DNA of 64,000 nucleotides from Candidatus Bathyarchaeota archaeon (GTDB taxonomy: Archaea; Thermoproteota; Bathyarchaeia; Bathyarchaeales; Bathycorpusculaceae): positions 128,001 through 192,000 of the forward strand of contig CAWGZR010000010.1 of assembly GCA_963827165.1 (NCBI GenBank), read 5' to 3'. The position numbers and the translations under genes were made by a program. The first letter of the stretch is position 1. The number at the start of each line of letters is the position of its first letter. Of this stretch, positions 58,169 through 64,000 are shown piece after piece. Below the pieces are notes generated by a model that saw only the letters and a list, made by a program, of their open reading frames with translations, searched no databases and was not told the DNA's origin.

Positions 58169-59035
58169 TTATGCGGCTTTGGGTTTGGCTTTGTCGACTG
58201 CGCCACTGAGGCTTGTCATTTCTGCGTTGGCTTTCCGTAGCAAATCGCCGATGGTGTCTTTTGTGGGGATGGCTCCTGCGACGGCTAATGCGATGGCTTT
58301 CTGGTGGGCTAGTTGAAGTAGCGGTTTGATTGTGTCTTTGGTGGGGTAAGCGATTTCCAAGGCCAATGCGAAGGCTTGCCGGTGGCTTTGCTCAACGCTT
58401 TTTCTCGTTGCGTCGACGTCGACTTTGAGTTGGTCACCGACGATTATTATCCCGTTGTCGAATACTGCTCGCATTGAAATGCCGAGTTCAACGGCTTTAA
58501 TGTTCAGTTTAGAGAGGACACCTGCGAGGCGTTCGTTGATTTCTTCGCCTTTGCGAACAACAAGCGTGTCTTTGCTGACCCAGACGCTGCCTGATTCGAT
58601 ACGGGTCGGCAAACCGACGCTGTTAAGCTGGCTGATGATTGGCCCTGGAGGCTGACCTGTATTACCTGTGGGAACAATAACGTCCATCGCGGCTGTGTCG
58701 CCTGCCTTCGCAGTTGTCTTAACTTTGCCCCGTTCGAGAAGCAAAGCCAATTTGAAGGGGTTAAGGTCGGTGAACATGTAAACGTTTGAACCATCCAAGT
58801 AATCCTCAAGCTTCTTGAGGTCTTCCTGCGCAAGTTCGTCAATAGCTATCCTCATAAGGGTATTCTTTAAAACTCGAAGGTACACTTTGCCCTGCATCGT
58901 TTTCTTTAGTTCTTGAAGTTGGGAAGCGCGAACCTTCTTGAGGCTAGCGATGCCAATGGACTTGTACTCTTTAAGTATGTCCTTTATCGCGTCTACTTCG
59001 CTGGACTTTTCCTCTAACACTTGTTGGGACGGCAT
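58169..59035 (-). CDS. rplP0: Ribosomal protein uL10 (P0)
   Basis: VLKNTLM, NPFKL, AKAG, GNTGQPPGP, GLPTRIESG. Confidence 0.96.
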   Translation of the reverse strand: MPSQQVLEEKSSEVDAIKDILKEYKSIGIASLKKVRASQLQELKKTMQGKVYLRVLKNTLMRIAIDELAQEDLKKLEDYLDGSNVYMFTDLNPFKLALLLERGKVKTTAKAGDTAAMDVIVPTGNTGQPPGPIISQLNSVGLPTRIESGSVWVSKDTLVVRKGEEINERLAGVLSKLNIKAVELGISMRAVFDNGIIIVGDQLKVDVDATRKSVEQSHRQAFALALEIAYPTKDTIKPLLQLAHQKAIALAVAGAIPTKDTIGDLLRKANAEMTSLSGAVDKAKPKAA

Positions 59036-59050
59036 GATTTCTCAAACTCA

Positions 59051-59701
59051 TTACGGTTTAATTTTAACTGGCTCACCCATAGATGTCTTGATGAAAGCGT
59101 ACTTTACGTTTTTGAGCCCACGCTTAAGCTTCCCATCTAAAACACGGAGAACAGTCATGGTGTTATCGACAAGATCTTCATCCTTCATCTGCTGCGAACC
59201 AACTGAAACCTGAATAATCGGTTGATTACGCATTCTCACAACCACCGTTTTACGATGCTTATTGACCAAGGCTGCAATATCGGCGTTAGGTGCAACCGGA
59301 ATAGGCATTTTTCCTCTCGGACCCAATACGGGACCAAGAATCCTGCCTACAAGCGGCATGAGAGGAGCTTCAGAAATGAAAACATCATATTCCTCAGCAA
59401 GTTTACGCAGATCCTTCTTTTTCCCGTTTAAACCATCTAACTCTGCTCGTTCAACAACGTAATCTGCATTAGCGTTTTTGGCTTTATAAGCAAATTCTCC
59501 AGAAGCAATAACGCATACCTTGTTCGGTTTACCCGTCTCGTGTGGAAGCTCAACGATCTCCTGGATTTTACCTTCCGGGGACTTCATATCGATCTCTGTG
59601 ATGTCTAAGATCAAATCTACCGTCTGGTTGAATTTTTTATCGCCAGACTTCGTCTTTGCCTGTTTAATTGCTTCCATTATCGTCTTGTTGTCTAGGGGCA
59701 T
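59051..59701 (-). CDS. rpl1: Ribosomal protein uL1
   Basis: KFNQTVDL, LPH, LGPVLGPRGKMP, KTSMGEP. Confidence 0.97.
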   Translation of the reverse strand: MPLDNKTIMEAIKQAKTKSGDKKFNQTVDLILDITEIDMKSPEGKIQEIVELPHETGKPNKVCVIASGEFAYKAKNANADYVVERAELDGLNGKKKDLRKLAEEYDVFISEAPLMPLVGRILGPVLGPRGKMPIPVAPNADIAALVNKHRKTVVVRMRNQPIIQVSVGSQQMKDEDLVDNTMTVLRVLDGKLKRGLKNVKYAFIKTSMGEPVKIKP

Positions 59702-59759
59702 TTTTAAGCCTCGTGCCAATGAGGGATTGGAAACCCATTATAAAAATATTCGCTTATCA

Positions 59760-60248
59760 TTATTCGTTACCAAACAGTTGTTCGTAGTTTCCCGCATCGA
59801 TGTCTTTTTGGACTTCCCGCGGATCTTTACCTTCAACAGTGACGCCTAAACTGACGCATGTGCCAAGCATCTCCTTCGTCGCCTTCTTAAGAGTCGGCGC
59901 TAAAAGTTCATGGCGCTTAATTTTGGCGATGCGCACCATCTGCTCCAGTGATAAGTCGCCGATTTTAACGGTGTTAGGTGTTCCTGAACCCTTTTCCACC
60001 TTTAACTCAGCAACAATCAAAGCCGAAGCAGTCGGGGTACCTACGGTAACCTCGAAAGTTTTATCTTCAGTGTCAACGCTAATTTTTACTGGAACCTTCA
60101 TTCCAGCGTAGTCTTTCGTAAGTTCGTTAATTTTAGTGACAATAGCCATGATGTTGACGCCTAAAGGCCCAAGAGCTGGCCCTAAAGGAGGACCTGCATT
60201 GGCTTGTCCGCCGTTAACGAGTAGTTCAACAGATTTCTTTTCACTCAT
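59760..60248 (-). CDS. rpl11: Ribosomal protein uL11
   Basis: GGQANAGPPLGPALGPLG, GMKVPV, GTCVSLG. Confidence 0.97.
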   Translation of the reverse strand: MSEKKSVELLVNGGQANAGPPLGPALGPLGVNIMAIVTKINELTKDYAGMKVPVKISVDTEDKTFEVTVGTPTASALIVAELKVEKGSGTPNTVKIGDLSLEQMVRIAKIKRHELLAPTLKKATKEMLGTCVSLGVTVEGKDPREVQKDIDAGNYEQLFGNE

Positions 60249-60269
60249 AATTTCACCAGTTTTGTTTGT

Positions 60270-60740
60270 TTATTTTGCTTTTTCCACTAGTTTTACATAA
60301 TCTGAATGTACCGTGATTGGCAAAGTGAATGTTGCCTCAAGCAGTTCAAGGGTAACTTCGCCCTTTGCTTTGTCGAGTCTTGTGATTTTAGCTCGCATGC
60401 CCTTGAAGGGTCCGCCTGTGATTTCAACGACGTCATCTTCGTCAAGATCTTCCATAACGGGTTTGCGAACGATGTACCGTTCTATCTCTGCGAAACTGAC
60501 TAGACCAGGGATTCTGGAGCGTACATGCCTTAACCCTGAAATGGCTTCTTCGACTAAATGTGGTCCATCAGCCTCAACGAACACGTATCCTTTCAACGTA
60601 TCAGGTACCAGAAGAGCTTTGATGGGAATGTGGTTCATCTCAACTTTTGAAGCGATTAACCGGGCCACGTTTCTCTCTTGCCCAGTGGTTGTTTTAACCA
60701 CAAAAATTTTGATGTCCATCTGCTCTTCTTTCTTATCCAT
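60270..60740 (-). CDS. spt5: Transcription elongation factor Spt5 (NusG)
   Basis: TTTGQE, LKGYVFVEA, KOW motif VEITGGPFKG. Confidence 0.96.
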   Translation of the reverse strand: MDKKEEQMDIKIFVVKTTTGQERNVARLIASKVEMNHIPIKALLVPDTLKGYVFVEADGPHLVEEAISGLRHVRSRIPGLVSFAEIERYIVRKPVMEDLDEDDVVEITGGPFKGMRAKITRLDKAKGEVTLELLEATFTLPITVHSDYVKLVEKAK

Positions 60741-60752
60741 CAGCTAATCCTT

Positions 60753-60944
60753 CTAAGTTGTAGCGCTTGATGCAGCTGAGGATCCTAGAGCCCACGACAG
60801 AAGTTTAATGATATAGCCGATTACGCCGACTATGCCTATGCCGAGAAGACTGATTTTTATTGAAAGCCATAGCTCTTCGCGCCCAGGCTTCTGGGATAAT
60901 TTTAAGGTTCTTCCAGCTTGCGTTAACCAAGATTTCATACCCAT
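60753..60944 (-). CDS. secE: Protein translocase subunit SecE/Sec61-gamma
   Basis: RTLKLSQKPGREE + TM GIGIVGVIGYII; upstream of spt5. Confidence 0.92.
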   Translation of the reverse strand: MGMKSWLTQAGRTLKLSQKPGREELWLSIKISLLGIGIVGVIGYIIKLLSWALGSSAASSATT

Positions 60945-61199
60945 ATCTATCGCACACTCAACATTTCATTATTCAATAATAAACGTTACTGTGAATTGAA
61001 GTTTAAAAACAAGCTCCTTAAGCCTTTTAAAGTTTCCTTAAAAAAATGACGCGCCTTTTTGGTTGATATCAATTAGCGGCATTTACCGTGGGCTTTTTCA
61101 TTACATTTGCCGCATATGAAAGGTTACATTTTTTGTCGTTTTTAAATGTACCATTAAACATAATACCTCTGCACAAGTCACTGGTTAAGAGGCAAACTC

Positions 61200-61799
61200 G
61201 TGAACGTTGACACTGTAAAAGAAAGCTTATTGTTTGCTCATCGAAGATTAGATGAGTTAAAGACGCTTAATAACGGAAATTTGGCAAATGCAAAACCTGA
61301 AGATCGACAAATGCTTACTCAAGAGTTTTTATTTCACCTTGTCGGCGCAATCGAGATTCTTGCACAAGTAATTAATAAACAAAGAAACCTTGGCTTGGAC
61401 CCAGAAAGAGCGGGGGTAAGGTCAGTTTTCTGTCGATTGGAAATGAATGACCCAATCAGATCTTTGTTAAGTCAGTTATATCCAACTACTAGGTCAAAAG
61501 ACCAACGGTGGCTGCCTCTTCCACGTGACCCCTACGCTCACGAAGGAAGATATTTTAGAATTGTAATTCTTACACATTGGGTTAATCACTGCGGAGAGAA
61601 CCCTTTCCATCCTCGACGGGGAGCTGAAGCTAAAGTCAGTTTGATTTTAGATCCAAGAAATCCCTCCGCGGGGGATTCGAAACTTGACGCAATAGACGAG
61701 CTTGAGACGTTTTGGAGCTTGGTTAACCAAAAATGTCAACAAATCACCGCGATCTTAGCTTCTGAAACAACAGTGGCATCTTCGAAGAATTCCGCATAA
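61200..61799 (+). CDS. Hypothetical protein
   Basis: 199-aa ORF, GTG after GAGG, opposite strand to dtdA and secE; no family recognised with confidence. Confidence 0.65.
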   Translation: MNVDTVKESLLFAHRRLDELKTLNNGNLANAKPEDRQMLTQEFLFHLVGAIEILAQVINKQRNLGLDPERAGVRSVFCRLEMNDPIRSLLSQLYPTTRSKDQRWLPLPRDPYAHEGRYFRIVILTHWVNHCGENPFHPRRGAEAKVSLILDPRNPSAGDSKLDAIDELETFWSLVNQKCQQITAILASETTVASSKNSA

Positions 61800-61827
61800 T
61801 TTAGTAAAAAAAAAGTTTATCCTTTTT

Positions 61828-62652
61828 TTAGGCTTTCCTGAAAAGCAAACCAGCTTCCTGCAGGGCAGCCAGCAGCTTAGGTTTGTCATGGCTCAGGATT
61901 CCCTTCCAGTCAAGTATCGCAAGTGAAACCTTTTCCAAAGTCTTCTTGACACACTGCGATATCATTTCGGAATCAACGCTGGAAACGGCGTACTTTGGTA
62001 TCATATGTCCAAACGCGGCTTCGCCAGCCAGAGCCATGCGAGTGAACTTTTGGTTGTAATGCGGTCCTCCGATGCCCAGAACAGCTTCATCGTTTGAAGT
62101 TGAAAAATTGGAGATCGTAGTCATCGCGGCGTCCCCTACGACTTGTGCAGCCGCTGAATCGTTCCACTGAGGTTCTGAACTACCCAACTCAACAAACATA
62201 ACGGGCACATCAAGAGTTGGACCATGATGCGTCCCTTCATAGGCAACCTCGTAACCAAGCTTCATTCCCATATTTTGACGGCTTAGTTCTTTGAGGGCAA
62301 TCTGCATGGCCGTGGCAGGTGCGACGGATAATGTGCGAGGCAATCCGCCCAAACCTGCTTCGCCGAAATTTCCCGTCGTGTGAACGGAAAGGGTTGGTTT
62401 GCCGCTTTGGCTGCTATGGCGTGAAATGAAAACAACCAGCTCTGCGTTTGGAAAGTCCTCTCCGAGGTACTGAGCGTTGACTGCTTCTTGCACAAGCGTT
62501 AGGAAATCGATCTGCTTACCGTTGATTTCAAATCTGTAGATTTGGTTTCCATGATACGTATGGGTTGTTTTTGCAAATGGGTAACGCTGAAAGATGCTTT
62601 TAGCTATGTTGACGCCGGCCACATCGCGAGCTGAGTGAACAAGCAGGATCAT
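61828..62652 (-). CDS. dtdA: D-aminoacyl-tRNA deacylase (archaeal DtdA/GEK1)
   Basis: FISRHSS, LSVHTTGN, YEGTHHGPT, FVELGS, GIGGPHY, GHMIPKY, DWKG. Confidence 0.95.
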   Translation of the reverse strand: MILLVHSARDVAGVNIAKSIFQRYPFAKTTHTYHGNQIYRFEINGKQIDFLTLVQEAVNAQYLGEDFPNAELVVFISRHSSQSGKPTLSVHTTGNFGEAGLGGLPRTLSVAPATAMQIALKELSRQNMGMKLGYEVAYEGTHHGPTLDVPVMFVELGSSEPQWNDSAAAQVVGDAAMTTISNFSTSNDEAVLGIGGPHYNQKFTRMALAGEAAFGHMIPKYAVSSVDSEMISQCVKKTLEKVSLAILDWKGILSHDKPKLLAALQEAGLLFRKA

Positions 62653-62804
62653 ATAAACAACTCCGCTTACCTCTTGGTTTATTCCCTCTTAAAACGTTGT
62701 TAAACTACCAAAGCAAATTAATGAAAGGATTTGGCTTTCGCCAGTTAGGTTATCCATAAAGCTTATTATTTGTGGCTCGGTTCAGCGTACTGGGTAAGCG
62801 AAAA

Positions 62805-63716
62805 ATGCACCTAATCAACTTCAAAGAGCTATCAGCCAAAGATCTTAACGCACTCGTTGATCTAGGATTAGAAGTCAAGCATGAACCCAAAAAGTACCGA
62901 AAAGGTTTTGAGGAAAAATCCGCGGCGTTGATTTTCCAGAAAACCTCAACTCGGACAAGAGTTGCCTTCGAAGTTGCTACGACTCAGCTTGGCGGTCACG
63001 GCTTGTTCATTGACTGGCGAACAACCAATTTCACATTGGCAGATATCTCGGATGAGGTCCGCTATTTGTCCCGGAATGTTGATTGCATCATGGCTCGATT
63101 GCTTTTCAATACGGATTTGATGAAGATGGCGAATGCCTCGCGTGTTCCAGTGATCAATGGTTGCGACGAAAAGTATCATCCAAGCCAGGCTTTAGCAGAT
63201 TTAATAACGATAAAAGAAAAGAATGGCACGTTAAAAGGCTCCAAACTAGTTTACATCGGCGTGCACAATAATGTATGCAATTCCCTGATTGAAGGCTGCA
63301 CCAAAACCGGAGTAAAACTTACCACAGTGACGCCGTGTTTCAATGAAGCCGCAAGGGACGATGAGTTGTTGGCTGAAGCAAAGAAAACGGGTCTTTGGCA
63401 ATCAACTTTGGATGCGACGAAAGCAGTTAAAGACGCTGATTTCGTTTACACCGATACCTGGATTGATATGGAGTTTTTCACCGACCCAAAGTTTGCAGAT
63501 GAAAAAGAGAAGAGGATTAAACTTATGATGCCCTATCAAATTAACGCTGAACTGCTCAAAGGAAGCAACTCATACATTATGCATGACATGCCGATCCACC
63601 GCGGTTACGAGATAAGCGCAGAAGCCATCGAGAACCCGAAGTCAGTGATTTATGAACAAGCTGAGAACCGCTTGTACTCAGCAAAGGCAATATTGCTCAC
63701 GCTCATGAAGGCTTGA
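62805..63716 (+). CDS. argF: Ornithine carbamoyltransferase-family enzyme
   Basis: FQKTSTRTR, PVING, HPSQALAD, YTDTW, EQAENR; HDMP replaces HCLP. Confidence 0.88.
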   Translation: MHLINFKELSAKDLNALVDLGLEVKHEPKKYRKGFEEKSAALIFQKTSTRTRVAFEVATTQLGGHGLFIDWRTTNFTLADISDEVRYLSRNVDCIMARLLFNTDLMKMANASRVPVINGCDEKYHPSQALADLITIKEKNGTLKGSKLVYIGVHNNVCNSLIEGCTKTGVKLTTVTPCFNEAARDDELLAEAKKTGLWQSTLDATKAVKDADFVYTDTWIDMEFFTDPKFADEKEKRIKLMMPYQINAELLKGSNSYIMHDMPIHRGYEISAEAIENPKSVIYEQAENRLYSAKAILLTLMKA

Positions 63717-63801
63717 CCATTTTGGCTTGCCTTCGTAGCTTTCTTGGTGAATGTTTAGTTTAGGGGAAAATTTATTATTAATCCAAAACCCAATACCATT
63801 T

Positions 63802-64000
63802 ATGACTCTGCTTGTGGCTTTCCTACGAGGAATAAACGTTGGCGGGCACGTTGTCAAGAAGGAGCAACTTCAAGAAGCCTTCAAGTCGTTGGGGTTTCAA
63901 AACGTAATTACTTTTCGGCAGAGCGGCAACGTAGTTTTCGAAACGCAAACAACAAGGCCGGAAGAATTCGAAAAGACAATTGGTGAAAAACTTCGCACAT
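63802..64000 (+). CDS. DUF1697-family protein (5' part)
   Basis: Manual translation MTLLVAFLRGINVGGH...LGFQNVITFRQSGNVVF; truncated by the window end. Confidence 0.88.
   Translation, partial: MTLLVAFLRGINVGGHVVKKEQLQEAFKSLGFQNVITFRQSGNVVFETQTTRPEEFEKTIGEKLRT

Noticed and set aside
1-64000. Many 60-180-aa ORFs in the track overlapping longer genes (e.g. 1003..1398, 16562..16873, 42441..42974, 44223..44639, 60313..60747)
   Set aside because: Antisense or alternate-frame shadows of well-supported genes, with no motifs of their own.
1-64000. CRISPR arrays, rRNA and tRNA genes
   Set aside because: No regularly spaced repeats, rRNA-like tracts or cloverleaf sequences were seen by eye; tRNAscan-SE in archaeal mode would be the decisive check.

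Overview
64 kb of an archaeal chromosome. The gene set (eIF6, prefoldin alpha, L18a/LX, Spt5, SecE, uL11/uL1/P0, DtdA, Rpo5) and frequent TTG/GTG starts point to a TACK archaeon, most likely Bathyarchaeia (inference). Main content: (i) an aromatic 2-oxo-acid/aldehyde catabolic block (PaaK-IorA-IorB converging on tungsten-type AOR plus its 4x[4Fe-4S] subunit, with MoaD/SAMP, a radical SAM gene and PaaI nearby); (ii) a TupABC tungstate transporter with a ModE-like regulator and a candidate ModE box; (iii) housekeeping clusters (ftsY-pfdA-rpl18a-eif6; rplP0-rpl1-rpl11-spt5-secE; metG; dtdA; argF); (iv) an apparently intact IS1634-like element; (v) a MEDS/PAS kinase cascade; (vi) an AT-rich ~4 kb insertion bounded by direct and inverted repeats, carrying HNH and redox cargo; (vii) a DUF4011-helicase-Vsr-DUF3320 (Hhe-like) defence gene. 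Most notable observations: an IorA with a complete four-cluster ferredoxin domain inserted into it that is a close paralog of the neighbouring AOR Fe-S subunit; an unexplained ~155-nt multi-helix RNA candidate at 3939-4092; an Rpo5 with a eukaryote-like RPB5 jaw domain; and three separate +1 frameshifts that each contain an in-frame CT-x-AG (two with the identical heptamer CTT-AGA-C), i.e. either a systematic sequencing artefact at CTAG or programmed frameshifting. No rRNA, tRNA or CRISPR array was recognised. All assignments are by eye from motifs; no database searches were run.
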